A DNA stretch of 64,000 nucleotides from the human T2T-CHM13v2.0 reference genome, Homo sapiens (GCF_009914755.1 NC_060944.1); one strand, 5' to 3'; counted from the stretch's first letter, positions 25,386 through 39,019 are shown. The notes: generated from the sequence alone by a model not told the origin. Made by a program: numbers and translations.

Positions 25386-27185
25386 AAAATGGATAAGGCC
25401 AATCTAAGCCCCAAATATAGAGTATGGTGCCATTATGTTAACAATTGTTTTAAAGTGTACACACAGCTGCATGAAACATTTACACGCATACACACCAGAG
25501 TGGTAGCAACAATTCACTGTGAAGTATTTTGCTTCCCTTTACAAGCTAACACATGTACGTCAATATTGTCTCAATTTAGTAAGCATGCCCTATTTCTGGA
25601 AAAAGCTAGATCTGTATGGGGCAACATATTTCCATGTTATACTTGAACAGCAGAACAAACCTAGGTGAGGGGGCAAGCCTGGCTCTCATCTTCTTTCCTG
25701 GGTTTGGACAGTTTTTTCCACTCCTCTAATCTCAGAGAAAGGCAGCAGAGCCAGGGGACAGGCCACACGTCTGTTGTCTATAAACTTGATGATCCTTCCA
25801 CTTTCTCAGGCTGTTTCTGATTAAAGAAACAGCAAGACCCCAAAAGTCGTCTTCTCTTCTCTTCTGAAACTGGGTTCTCCCATAGCCCTGCTCTGCAAGG
25901 CATGAACCGCTGGTGACCCCAATGCCGCCGCACTAAGAGGCGTTAATATTTAACCACCAGCCTGGGGACAGCGTGCTGCTGGGCTTTCAGGTGCCTCCTC
26001 CCAAGGACGCCCAGGTGAATCGGCTGAAATCTAATTCTAGGGGAGCAGGACGAGGAACCGCACATCCCCAGGCTCGTTTCCAGTGTCTCCCAGCCCACCT
26101 TCCCCTGGAAAGTTCTACCACAATGGAAAAGGGGATATTTTAAAATCTCAAACGTGGGAAGGCAGGAAGTCCTTTTTTTGGCCTCTGGCTACCTACCTAG
26201 AGGCTATTTAGAGACTGATCCTCATGGGCCTTCACCCACCACCCGCCTCCCAGGGGAGTAAGACTCCCATGTGGGATGCAGGACCCGGCCTCAGTGCAAA
26301 CACAGATCCAGGGAAGATGGCCCTGAAACTGCCCCAGGGCAAAACAGAGCGGAGTTGGGAGTCTGAGGATCTCTCTGGCCCTGAGGCACCCAGGCACGTG
26401 TTGGAGCCACAGGAAACACGAATTCCAACATGGCCACACAGTGCACACTGTCTCGTTACCTGGGACAGTCCCCATCCTGTCTGCGCCCACCATCGGGGCT
26501 CCTTCAGCCTCCTGCCCCTGGGCCCAGCCATCCAGGGTCTTAGGAGCAGAACAGGCCCTTGGAAATCCATTCTGGTCATTTTAATTTTCAGCTTGGAAAG
26601 ATGAGAGAGTTTTTGTCTTGCGCATGGGCAGCTGGTGGCTGAACGAGGATTAGACACCAGTTCTGGGCCATAATTTAGGGCAGTGTAATGAAAAATGTTC
26701 TCGCCATCACAGCCTGAGAGCCAGCCTGATATCCCCCTCTGCTACCTTCAGACACAGCCCCCCACCACCTTCAGGGAGCAGGCGCAAGCCAGGGTTGGAA
26801 GGGCCGCATGTGGAATCACCCGGCTGGTGGCCGGGGGCCCTCAGCACCCTGACACCTCGTACTGGGCACCTACTGCACACTAGGCTCTTAAGGGACACTC
26901 TCCCACCTCCTCCTCCCTCCTCCAATGAGGTCAGTACAATCCGCATCCCCACTTAATATCACCTTAATACCACCTATTACATGGGGATGGGGATTGTACA
27001 AAAACTGAGGGGCAGGGAGGCTCAGGACACGCCTCTGCTGGGAGCAACAGGCCCCAGGCCAGAGGTTACTCGAAGCACAGAAAGCCATCTCCAGGAGCCC
27101 CACCCAAGTTAGAGGAGGCAGGGCAGGAGAGGACGGGGCTGGCCCAGGCCCACCATCAAAAAAAAGGAAAACACACTTCAGATGA

Positions 27186-27701
27186 TGTGGTAGGCAGAAT
27201 AACACCCCCTCAGACACATCCAGGTCCTGACCCAGGAAGCTGTGGGTATGCCACCTCCCAGGCCCTGATCCCAGAAGCTGTGGGTATGCCACCTTCCACA
27301 GCAGCAGGGACTTTGCAGATGTGATGAAAGATTTTTGAGTTGGGAGATTATCCTGGATTATCCTCATGGGCCCAAAGGAATCATAAGGGTCCTGATAACA
27401 GGGGAGGCAGGAGGCCAGAGAATAAGCTGTGACAGCGAAAGCAGGGGTCAGGGTGGTGTGACTGCGGCTGGGAACCTTGAGCCAAGAAAGGGGGCTCTGT
27501 CTCCTAGAAGCCAGAAACAACAAGGAAACAGATCCTCCCCCAGGCTCTCCAGAAAAGATGCAGCCCTATGGACCCCCTGATTTGGGCCTAGTAAAACCCA
27601 TTTCAGACTTCAGACCTCCCAAACTCTAAGAGAATAAATGTGTGTTGTCTTAAGCCACTAAGTTGGCGGTCACTGGGCTCAGCAGCTGGAGGAATGAATA
27701 C
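27186..27701 (+). mobile_element. MLT1D solo LTR
   Basis: tgtggtaggcagaataa...gggactttgcagatgtgat...gggagattatcctggattatc...agaataaatgtgtgttgtcttaagccactaag...aataca. Confidence 0.85.
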
Positions 27702-30700
27702 AGTTTCTCTCCTGAGATCCACACTGAAACGCCTCCTCTCCACAGGTGCTCTGCTAGGAGCCAGAGACACAGCGGCAGCCAGAGATGGAGCTCCGGGTCC
27801 AGAGGCTGGGCGTGCGTAGCACACAAGAGGGTCATTCAAACCCTAATTAAGTGGCGTGAAGGAGGGAAGAGGCCTCTGGGTGAGCAAGACAAAAGAAAAG
27901 GACTAGATGTGAGGTGTGAGGGTGTGCGGGGAGGACGTTTTATAGAAACATCTCCCGAAGGGGGTCAGAGGATGAGCAGAACTAACACAGCTAAAAGGGC
28001 AGGGAAAAGCGTTCCCGGCAGAGAGAACCGAATGCGGAAGTCATGATGAGAAAGTAGTGAGGAGAGGGCACAGGTGCACGATGTCCCCTGCAGGGCCTCT
28101 GGCCGCGGGAGGTCAGGTCTTGCTGAGCGCTGGGAAGCCGGGAGGAGTTCTAAGCAGGAGTGGACATGACGGGCTCTGCCACTCGCAGACCCAGCTGACT
28201 CGCTCCCCGACCCCTAGTCTGACCCTCGCCCTCGCCTCACTCTGCTGCTCTTTGGAAAACTGCAGGCCGGACATTCTGAAGGCCTGCATGTTGTGAACAG
28301 TTGCTGGGCCGCAAGGATATTCCTCAGAAGAAAAGGAGCAAGAGAGCGAGCCAGCGAGCATGGCCAGAGCATTCCCAGGCTAGCATGATGTCATGGAGGG
28401 AGCACAGGCTTGCGGCTGCGGTGAGTCAGGCCGGGAAACTGCAACCCGCCGTGCACCTGGAGTCAGCCCAGCAGCAACCCCAGCCTGCAGGGAAGCCCGG
28501 GAAGGAGATCAAAGGAGCCCAGAAGGAAGCCGGCCCCACCCTGGCAGCCAGCTCCCGGGTCCAAGGGGTGCCCCTTCTGAGCTGCAGGCTGGGGAGGACT
28601 CAGCCCGGGCCCCAGGCTCCCCCACCTCAGCTTCAGGGAATGCCCTGCTTTCCTGCCAAATCATAGAACAGTCCCTGGCATCCCCCAGACGGGAAGAGGA
28701 AGTCAGGGAGGTCCAAGGCTTTTTAAAAATACACTTTCTTGAAGACGGTGCATATCCAGGAAGGCTAAAATTAAAGCTTTGGGGAGTAAGGTGGAAAAAT
28801 ACACAAAGAGGCACAATATCCTCCTGCCCCAGACAGAGCTCGGGTGGCCACCCACGGCCCTCTCACCCACCCCACGGCTGTCTGTCTCCCTCTGGGCAGG
28901 GCCAGCTGACTGCAGACAGCACCAACCCAGCCACTCATGGGAAAGTCAGGAAGATGCCCGTCCAGCACCCGGAGGCCAGCGTTGTCACAGTCAGAAGGCG
29001 AGTCAGTGGCCCTTATGTTCTAGCCCTCAGTTTCTCCATCCACAAGACAAAGGGTTTGGAGTTTATCAAGGTCTCAAAAACTGCAACTTATTAATAGGAT
29101 AGCTAAGAGAGGAAAATGAGAGGATCAAAAATCCAAAATGCTCTGTGGTGAAATGAGGTTGGGAAGCACCACATGACACATTGCTCCTTAGAGATGTCAT
29201 AATGCACCTTAGCTCTTTAAAGGCTCTGAAAAGTCCTGCTGCAAAGAAATGTCTGCTCCGGCAATGGAGCGCAGTAACGAGCCGTTCAAACTTGTGTCAA
29301 GGTGTGGATCACAGAGGCTGGGGGTCAAGAGGGAAGAGAAATACAGCGACAAATGGAAGGCTCTCCCTCATTAGAGACACAGCCACCAGCAGAGACAATC
29401 AGGGGGTGAGAGGCCCGGAATCCTCTTTGTGATGAAATCCCCAGAGTGGTCCTCGGGTCCCACAGTGGGTGCTCAGGGATGTAGGCTGTAGGGCTCCAGG
29501 CTCTGAGTTGAGGAAAATTGGAGTTAAATTTCAGTGAAGTAACCCTGAGCAAGTCAGTCTCTGTCCATCAGGTTCTTTTGTTTGTAAAATGGAGGTAGCC
29601 ATGAGGATTGTTCTGAGAATGAGTTAAATGGAAAGATATGCTCAAGATGCCAGCGCAAAGCCAGAGACTCAAGGTTCGCAGCTGGTTGGAGCAAACCTCA
29701 ATGTCAGTGTGAATCTTCCACCATGGGATTCAAGCTGCCTTGGCTCTAAAGTAAGATCACAGCTGCAGTGAGCTGACCCCAACTCAAGATGGAACCATCT
29801 TAGAACAAGGTGCGGAGCGAGCCCTCTGAACCGTATGGTACCTGAGAGGCGAGCACTGTTGTCCCCTCTCACAGGTGGGAGACTGAGGCTCAGAGATATG
29901 CAGGTAGTGAATGGAACCACCCCAGAGCCTTGTTCCAGCAAAGTGTCACCCCTGCACGGTGATGGTTTGATGGTGGAGGGAGAGCTACCACCCAGAGAAC
30001 CCGGGGGTTCCCCTTCCACTCTTCTCACCCCGCACTCCCCCTGCCCCAGCAGCTTGCAGGGGCTGAGCAATTAACTTCCCTGCCTCAAACCCTTTATCAG
30101 CTCTTAGGATAAAAAGCCAAAGCTCTCTAATGTGTTCTGTGATAAAGAAGACTATGGAACTGACAGTCCAAACCGAGAAACTGGGGAGAGAGAGGAGGCA
30201 TTATTGTCAACTCCAGGTCATCCAACCTGTAAGGCCCTGGATGGTCCGGCCCCTGTCTCCACAGCCTCCTCCCACCCAGCCCTCCTCATCTGTGCCAGTC
30301 TCCAGCCCACCACAGCCCCTCACACATGCTGTTTCCGCTGCCTGCAACACTGTTCCCTGCCTTTTCACCTCCCTCACACCTGCCTGTTCTTGAGCATCCC
30401 AGGGAAGCGTCCACTGATGCCCTAATGGTGCATCCACGTCGGACACGCTCCAAGCCCAAGTCCTCTCCCCTGCGCCATCTGGGCTGGAGTTTCAGTTTGT
30501 TTGTATAGTTTTTTGGGTTCTCCTCTTTTCCTGCCAGGTTTTAAGCTTTTTGTCAGCAAGAACCAGCCCTATTTTATTCAGCCCTGGAGCAGCCTCTCCA
30601 CCAGGCACACAGCTTAGCACAAAGCAGGCCTCAGATGCACGCTGGACAAATGTGCTGGTATCCTCTGCATCCTTATGGCCAGTAAGGTTTTCTGGTTTCA

Positions 30701-32029
30701 CTTCCAATAGTTTACATTATTAAAAGAGAAATGGTAAATACTTTTTCAGATTATTCAGGTAGCTCCAGAAATGGCTCTGACTCACAGTTCACTGGGGCCT
30801 TAGCCCACCCAGCCCACTCTATGCCCCACTGGGCACCCACACTCCCAGGCCATGGGCACCCAGCTGCACATCCTAGTTGAAGGGAAACCCTCATCAGCCC
30901 CTGGGCACCTCCATACCCCCCACCTTCACAGGCCTGGCTATGGAACCAGGGGGCTGTCAAATTACCTCAAATTGACCCCTCACTGGAAACTGCCAGGCTG
31001 CATGGGCTTCCGGTTGAGTGCCCCCATTTACTGTCCCCATCACCTCTTCGGAGCCACCTCCTTTCCCCACATCAGGCAAAAATCAAGAGGACTCAGGTGG
31101 GCAGAAAGCAACAGCTGGGAAGAAAGCACATCTCACATTTCCTTTTGGACCTGACTCTTGTCCCTCTTTGCTTAAGATATCAGGGTTTGAGCCCCAGAAT
31201 TTCTGGAAAACTGGAGGCTCTACTGTTCCATTCAACCCAGGCATGATCCATCCAGAAACCCAGTGGAACTGAGCCGCGAGCTGGATTCCAGCTCACAGAA
31301 CACACCAAGAACTCTGGTGAAACATCAAGAACTCTGGGGGGTCCCCCCAGAAAAATCTGGGGGGCACTGCAGAGCTTCTGACACGGCTCTGGGGGAAATC
31401 CCACACGGATGGGCAGCTGCCTGCATCTGGCACTGTGGAGGTGGGCGGGCAGCCATGGAGGATGGGGAGACTCATCTTTCTAGACTTCTCCTGGGGACCG
31501 CATTTCCTCCAGCCTCCAGGTCCAGACCAAAATAGAATGAGGTAAATTCAGCCCCTTTCCTGCAGCACACTCAAGGAATAAACAAGCACCACAAATACAG
31601 TCTTCGGGCTGGGTCATCTTTCCAACCTCATTTTTTTTTTTTTTAAGAGAACCACAGGCTGTTTTAAGATTCCAAACCCAGAGACAGAAAAAGTGCAGCA
31701 AAGCAGGGCGACAAGGGGAAAGAAACTTGACAGTGCTTTGCAGACAGAAACAAGTGACGCAATTTCCAAATTCAAGATTCTCAAAAACAGAGGCTGGGTT
31801 GGAACATCTAGAGAAGGCCAGAGCGGGCTGTTCTAAGACTTATTCTCACGGTAGCATCCTGAAGCCGGGGGGGTCCAGGAAGGGGGCAGGCTGAGGACAT
31901 CAGCTTGCACTTGGTAGGCCCTCACCAGGTCCCAGAAGCTGTGCCGGTGCCAAAGCTGCCCCTTGCCAGGAAGCCCTCCCGGCTGCCCTGTGTGGTTGAC
32001 ACTTGGCCTCTGTCATGCTTCAGTGACCC

Positions 32030-32400
32030 CAGAGGCAGGTCCTGAGTCAAGGACTTGAATGCAAGTAGTTTGTCTGAGAGGTGACCCCAGGAACCACCTG
32101 GAGAGGGCGGGGAAGTAAGGCAAGCTTGGAGATCGTCAAAACAGAACACTGTGGGCCTGGGACTTCAGCCCGTCAGAACCTCCTGGAGCAGCTCCAGAGG
32201 GGTGCACCTGAGGACGAGGGCGCTGTCTCCTGAGGGCGAGGGGGCTGTCTCCTGAGGGCGAGGGGGCTGTCTCCTGAGGGCGAGGGGCTGCCTCCTGAGG
32301 GTGAGGGGCTGTCTCTTGAGGGCGAGGGGCTGTCTCCTGAGGGTGAGGGACTGTCTCCTGAGGGTGAGGGGGCTGGGGAATTCCCCATAGACCTTGACTC
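32030..32400. mobile_element. Old ERVL-type LTR fragment (LTR33/LTR16-like) hosting a minisatellite
   Basis: cccagaggcaggtcctgagtcaaggacttgaatgcaagtagtttgtctgagaggtgaccccagg resembles old ERVL LTRs. Confidence 0.5.
32207..32372 (+). repeat. G-rich minisatellite, 21-22-bp unit, about 8 copies (CCTGAGGG[C/T]GAGGGG[G]CTGTCT)
   Basis: Directly visible. Confidence 0.95.
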
Positions 32401-33788
32401 CGACTCCTCAGTGGGTCAGAGAAAGTTCCCCACAGAGCTCCCACATAGGGGAAGGTGTGTGGGGAGGGGAAGCCTCGAGGTCTGCGGCTCAGCGGGTCCA
32501 TCTCTCCGAGGAGGAGTGGAGGCCCTGTCCAAGGTGGCAGTTGGTGAGGCTGACATGGTGGGAGTCACCACCTGAGCAGCCAGACATGGGCTGGAGGAGA
32601 AATGCTGTCTACACTCATGGCAGGGACCCCTGCCAGGACAACCTGTGGTGGCATCTGCAGAGAAAAGACTCAAACACCAGTGATGCTGGGGAAGCTGGAG
32701 GATCCCTCTTATGTCCAGGAGCCAGACTAGGGCCTCAGAGATGCTTTTCCTACTGCACCGTGAGCCCCCGCATGTGGAACACCCAAGGGGAAAGGGATGG
32801 AGGTAGGACTCAGCTGGAGAAAGCTTTCCAAGGAGAATGAACATGACAGGTTTGTTGGGAGGCTCCTGGTTCCAGCTCTCAATCCCACTTGCAAACCTGA
32901 CTCCCAAACCACCCCACCCACCCTCTCCCACTTCCGGGACCTGTGGGTTCAACCCCAGAGCAAGAGGCTGAGCCCGCTCCCTAAGCCCACAGCATGGAGG
33001 GGAAAGAGCCTGCTATTGAGGACACCTCAAGTGCCATCTTTAAAGCGCCCCTAACTAGGCCCTGGGGAAGAGTTAGGAGACAAAGAACCCTTACCCCAAA
33101 AAGGCTCTTATAATCTCATTTCCACTCAAGAAGCAAAGCCACATGGAGTGCTCTGTGCCAGGCACTGAGGTCGCCATAGCTGAAAGCCCAGGGGTTACAA
33201 GGACTCCAGTCTGGGGACCCTGTGTGGCTGTGACCCACGTCACTCAAGTTCAGAAGACATCGAGCCACAGCCAGAGCGTAGGGATTCAGGTTGAATTTTA
33301 AAATAGGTGGGGCTGAGATAGACGGAGTGATAGTGGGAGAGGACTCTGCATCAACTCCCTCCAAACGCTGGGTGACTGTCACTTTCAGAAACAAGCAAAG
33401 CAGGAGAAACACATAGGCAGGAGGAGCCCCAGGGAATGTGGCCACTGAAGGGTAGGTGGCGTCCTGGACAGGACAGAAGGACAAGAAGTAAAAGCAAAGG
33501 GGTCCGGAATAAATGATTGACTTTCATTAATAAAAATGCAGATGCTGGGTCCTTAATTATGAAAACTGTACCCTATTGATGTAAGGTGTTAAAACATGGG
33601 AAACCAGGCGTGTCTGCGCATCTGTGTGCTGTGTCTGTGTCTGTGTTTCTGTGGATCTGTCTGTGTTTCCACATGTTTACGTGTACAGGAGACAGCTGGA
33701 AATGAGGCTGGGGCTGAAAGGTATCTGTATAAAGATACCTATCAACACAGATATCAACAGACATCTGTATCCAGGGAGATGGCAAGGC

Positions 33789-33956
33789 CAGGGCCGGCTT
33801 CATGGGCATCTGACCCGTGCAGTCACACAGGGCCCAACACACAGAAGTACGCCGAGCTTGGTTTCATGCTCTGCTGTTGCTGTCTTGAAATCCTTTATAC
33901 ATTTTTGACACATTTTCATTTTGCACTGGGCCCAGAAGGTGACACAACCAGTCCTG
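33789..33956. mobile_element. MER91A-like hAT-Tip100 DNA transposon
   Basis: cagggccggcttcatgggc...gcagtcacacagggccc...cattttcattttgcactgggccc. Confidence 0.75.
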
Positions 33957-34122
33957 GGAGCTTGTTTTTAAACATTCATGATGAAAACTCCTAGCCCCTA
34001 CACCTGACTAGTTGGGGTTAAACATGGGAACCTGTATTTTTCTCTTCCAATATATTTCCAGGAGGTTCTGACAACAGCTGGGTTTGAGCACCACCTCGGA
34101 CAGATGTGTGTGAGGAGCTGCA

Positions 34123-35048
34123 CAGCTGGTGTTTGGTGGTAGCTGGTGTTTGTTTGGTGGTAGCTGGTGTTTGTTTGGTGGTAGCTGGTGTTTGGTGGTA
34201 GCTGGTGTTTCTTTGGTGGTAGCTGGTGTGTGTTCGGTGGTAGCTGGTGTGTGTTCGCTGGTAGCTGGTGTTCGGAGGTAGCTGGTGTTTGGTGGTAGCT
34301 GGTGTTTTGTAGTAGTAGCTGGTGTTTGGTAGTAGCTGGTGTTTGGTGGTAGCTGGTGTTTGTTCAGTGGTAGCTGGTGTTTGTTCAGTGGTAGCTGGTG
34401 TTTGTTCGGTGGTAGCTGGTGTTTGTTCAGTGATAGCTGGTGTTTGGTGGTAGCTGGGTTTGTTTGGTGGTAGCTGGTGTTTGTTCGGTGGTAGCTGGCA
34501 TTTGTTCGGTGGTAGCTGGTGTTTGTTTGGTGGTAGCTGGTGTTTGGTGGTGCTGGTGTTTGTTTGGTGGTAGCTGGTGTGTGTTCGGTGGTAGCTGGTA
34601 TGTGTTTGCTGGTAGCTGGTGTTTGGTGGTAGCTGGTGTTTGGTGGTAGCTGGTGTTTGGTGGTAGCTGGTGTTTGTTCAGTGGTAGCTGGTGTTGGTTC
34701 GGTGGTAGCTGGTGTTTGTTCAGTGATAGCTGGTGTTTGGTGGTAGCTGGGTTTGTTTGGTGGTAGCTGGTGTTTGTTTGGTGGTAGCTGGCGTTCGGTG
34801 GTAGCTGGCATTTGTTTGGTGGTAGCTGGCGTTTGTTCAGTGGTAGCTGGTGTTTGGTGGTAGCTGGTGTTTGTTCGGTGGTAGCTGTTCGGTGGTAGCT
34901 GGTGTTCAGTGGTAGCTGTTTGTTCGGTGGTAGCTGGTGTTTGTTCAGTGGTAGCTGGTGTTTGTTCGGTGGTAGGTGGTGTTTGGTGGTAGCTGGTGTT
35001 TGCTGGTAGCTGGTGTTTGCTGGTAGGTGGTGTTTGGTGGTAGGTAGC
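34123..35048 (+). repeat. Large GT-skewed minisatellite, mixed 17- and 21-bp units (TAGCTGGTGTTTGGTGG / TAGCTGGTGTTTGTTCGGTGG), roughly 45-50 copies
   Basis: Directly visible over about 925 bp. Confidence 0.98.
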
Positions 35049-35166
35049 AGTGAGCAAGGTAAGTGGGAAGGTGGGAAGAAGACAGGGTGGGCGAGGGACT
35101 TCCCACTTAAGTATGTTCAACTTCGGCTGTGTCACCCAGAGGTACTTGACATCCCTCCCTCCACCC

Positions 35167-35397
35167 TGTGCTTCTCAGTCAGGGCCTAGTTAGAGGCCCT
35201 TTTAAAGATGGGACCCTGACAATATCTGGTGACATTTTTGGTTTCACAACTGAGTGTGGGGATGTGTCATTGGCATCTGGTGGGCAGAAGCCAGGGCTGC
35301 TACCGAATGCCCTACTATGCCCAGGATGGCCCTTAACCCCAGAGAATGAGCCACCCCCAAAGGTCACTACTGCGGAGGCTCGGAAACCGAAACCCTG
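35167..35397 (+). mobile_element. MER20
   Basis: gacaatatctggtgacatttttggtttcacaactg...ggcatctggtgggcagaagccaggg. Confidence 0.8.
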
Positions 35398-37283
35398 CCT
35401 CAAATGACAGGGTATAAACACTTCAGCTCTCTTGACGGGACTAGGGTGAGGGTGCAACTTTGTCTCCAGAACCTCTAGCAGGAAGAGTGAGCCAAAGTCA
35501 CCCTTCGGGGTGCTCTGCGCAGCACCGCTCCCTCACCTGGCCTCCCCATCTCCCCACTGCCCGATGCTCCTAAAGGCCTTTCCTGGAAACATTTTCTAAT
35601 CCTTCACTCTCACAGCCACACAATCCTCAGCTGAGGGTGAGCTTTGGAGAAACCTGACCTGAAACCAGTGGCCAACAGGTTTCACTTGATGGCAGCTTCA
35701 CTCAACTGGCAGTGGCTGCCTTATTTAGAGACCTGTACCAAGGATCCAGGGAAAGGGAGGGAAAGGGATCCATTAGCAATGCCTGCCTTGGTCCCGGGAG
35801 GAGAAGGGTGGCATGCGTGCTGGAATGCAAGACCAGGTGTCAGCTTTCCTTCCTCCTTTCTTGGGGTGGCAAAATGGAAAGCCATGGGCATTGTTGAGGA
35901 AAAAGAAGAACATGGCACCGACAGAGGTTGCAATAGGAAGACAAAGGAAGAAGCAGGGTTTGGAAGAACCTTGAGTATTTACCTACATGCCTACTTCCAA
36001 TCTGAACTTGAACTAGCTTCATTAACTGTGGTTGTCTCCTTTAAAACATCATCATGTTCCTGGTAAGCCTGTATTCCCCACCCTTAGAGTTAGTATTTGA
36101 GCAGACACTTTTCTTCCCAGCTACAGATGACTGCTTGTGACCAAATTGAAAAATATTAATTCTCTTTGTCTCCTGCCAAAAAAGCTAAAGCAATTACAGA
36201 TCCTGATTCGAAACACAGATGTTAATACATTTGGAAAAATGAGCTTCTATAGGCGAGCAGAGGCCCAGGGCCAAGCATGAAGTGCTTTTGGAATCAAAGT
36301 GCCAAATCAAGTTATCCAGAGAGCTGCCTCCACGAAAGCCCATTCTTCCCAAATGCATTCCAGTGTAAAGATCCCCAGGCTGCCGCACACACGCTGATGT
36401 CTCCCCTATTTGCAAACAAGAACCGACCTACCCTTGGGCACCCACTGGCACACAGCTGTAAATAACGTAATTATAATCATCACAGGGAAACATCCATAGG
36501 ATCAGAAAGTATCATAATTACAGGCAATTTTCACTTTTTGGAAATTGGGCTCAGATGCTGAAGAAAGATTGCAAGCAAGGCATTCTCGAGTTTCAATTCT
36601 GGAAGAGAAAGCACGTTGGAGCATTTGGTAGGACGAACTAGCTCCAGGGCAAAGATACTGTGGCCGGCACTCACTCATCCAGCAGGCATCTGTTGTACAT
36701 GCGCTCAGGCACACAGGACCAGACCATGTGGTCTGTGAATTCAGAGAGCCCACATCTTCAAAGGGAAGGCTGGGTCGTGCTTTCATCCTTTCGTGCATTT
36801 GGTGTCTTACTGAGCACCTACTATGTGCCAGGCTCTAGGCAAAATGGATACCACAGTGAGCAAAACGAACAAAACTCCTCCCCTTGTGGACCCCCTGTCA
36901 CTGTCTCTGCTGGGCCCCACTCAGATCTTCACTATGCAGCCCCACATGGTTCAGCAAGTGTCCACATGCTGTCCAAGTCCGTGCAACTTCCAAGGGGTGG
37001 AAAAAGAGGCGGCTCCAGGTGCGTCTGCAAAGCCTCACTACACACTACTGGGACAGGCTGGGCAGGTCACTGGTCTCTGCCTCAATTTCCTTGTGTGGAA
37101 AATATGAATTGCCCCACCATTTCCCAATTTACAGGACTGGACTGCCACGAGGAGAAAGAAAAAAGTGTATCCACCAGCCAAGGAAGAAAAACATATGCGA
37201 CTGGGGAAAGATGCAAGCTTCTCATCCTTAATCCCCAACCCAGTATTGTGCCTTCATTTCCTTGTCTGTGAAAGAGGGTGTGG

Positions 37284-37578
37284 GAGCAGGCACGGTGGTT
37301 CATGCCTGTAATCACAACACTCTGGGAGGCCAAGGCAGGAGAACAACTTGAGGCCAAGAGTTTGAGATCAGCCTGGACAACACAGTGAGACCTCATCTCT
37401 ACAAAAGTAAAAAACTAGCCAGACATAGTGGTGTGTTCCTATGGTCCTAGCTACTTGAGAGGCTCAGGTGGGACGATTGCTCCAACCCAGGAGGTCGAGG
37501 CTGCAGTGAGCTGTGATCACTCCACTGCACTCCAGCAGAGCAACAGAGCAAGACCCTATCTCTCAAAAAAAAAAAAAA
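37284..37578 (+). mobile_element. AluJ full length
   Basis: AluJ-type ggaggtcgaggctgcagtgagctgtgatc, with an imperfect TSD (aaagagggtgtgg / aaagaggggtggg). Confidence 0.9.
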
Positions 37579-38707
37579 GAGGGGTGGGCAGGGATAAGGG
37601 TGTCTCCATGGGGGGTTGTTGTGGGAAGCAGTAAAGAGCCCCCATTGCATGCAATTAGCTTTTGTCATCATGACTGTTCCCAAAGGCAGCCATCCCTTCT
37701 CCCAGCATAGACAAGTGTCATGGGAGAGAGGAGGCTCCAAGATCGCATTGTGGACCCAGCTAAATCGATGGAAACGTAAAGAGAGCAGACCTTTCCCACA
37801 GGTGGTCTACAAGAGGGGCAGGACTGACCACCTCGTGGGGACACCCGCTCGGCTTCACTGAACGTGATATAACACCTACGGGGAATCAGGGAAAATGTGG
37901 GCAACCTGCTGAGCCCCCGCCCGCCGCAAACACTCAGCAAACGGAATCTGTTGCCATCGATTCCCAGCCACCACCCGTATGCTCCCTGTGAAGCCAGGCT
38001 CGGGATGAATTATGGGAAGAAATAACAGGGACAGAGATAAAAAAAAGCCACCAAGGCCCACCAGATGGCCTCAGGCCACAGGACAGGAAGCCAACGGGCA
38101 TTTGGCCCCCAGATGCTGAGTAGGGGATACTGGCTGTGTCTCTGGCATTAACTGGATTGAACACAGTGGTTTGCCATCTCTGCCCAGCTGGGTGGCTTTT
38201 TCCAGAGGGATCCTTGCAGATCCATGAGAGGACCCCAAGCGGAACCAAAGGCATTAAGGGCCTGCCACTCCCGCTCAGGCAGCTTCAGTCTCGGTTCTGG
38301 AGTGGGGCCCAGAGAAAGGGACTGCGAGGAAAAATGCCAAGGCTCCTTGATGAGGGCTGCTCTCCTCTGACCTTCCAGGACATCCTGGAAGTTCCCAGCA
38401 GCCAAAAGGAATCCTCCTTGCCCTCTGAAAAGGCTACTCAGGAAGCTGACCTGGCACATCCTGAGAAGGCAGCTCAAAACCAGAGCTCATGCCCTGGGGC
38501 TGAGGTGTAGTGGCAAGGGGTAGAAGCCAGGAGACGAGGAAACAGGCACGTAGCCTTCAGGAGCAGCAAGAAGCTCCAGAGGCTTCTGGAAGCTTCCAGA
38601 AGCCTCTGGAGCCAGAGTCCAAAGGGATCTTCACCCTTAGCCAGTCCCTTTCCTGTGCCATTGAGACTGACAATTGTGGTCTGGACTACACTTTGGGCTC
38701 AGTCTCA

Positions 38708-39019
<312 letters not shown>

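Noticed and set aside
25920-25950. CTCF-like word gccgccgcactaagaggcgtt
   Set aside because: It has several mismatches at high-information positions of the CTCF core and cannot be supported without a PWM scan or ChIP data.
30500-31700. Possible location of the annotated antisense lncRNA BMP7-AS1 (+ strand AATAAA near 31577)
   Set aside because: I recall such a transcript in BMP7 intron 2 but cannot define its exons or TSS from the sequence, so it is not reported as a feature. An annotation lookup would settle it.
34008-35135. 375-aa Thr/Pro-rich, mucin-like ORF on the minus strand
   Set aside because: It is the translation of the 17/21-bp minisatellite, whose C/A-rich strand cannot easily form stop codons. 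The peptide shifts between repeat frames, the start is non-ATG, and there is no splice or promoter support.
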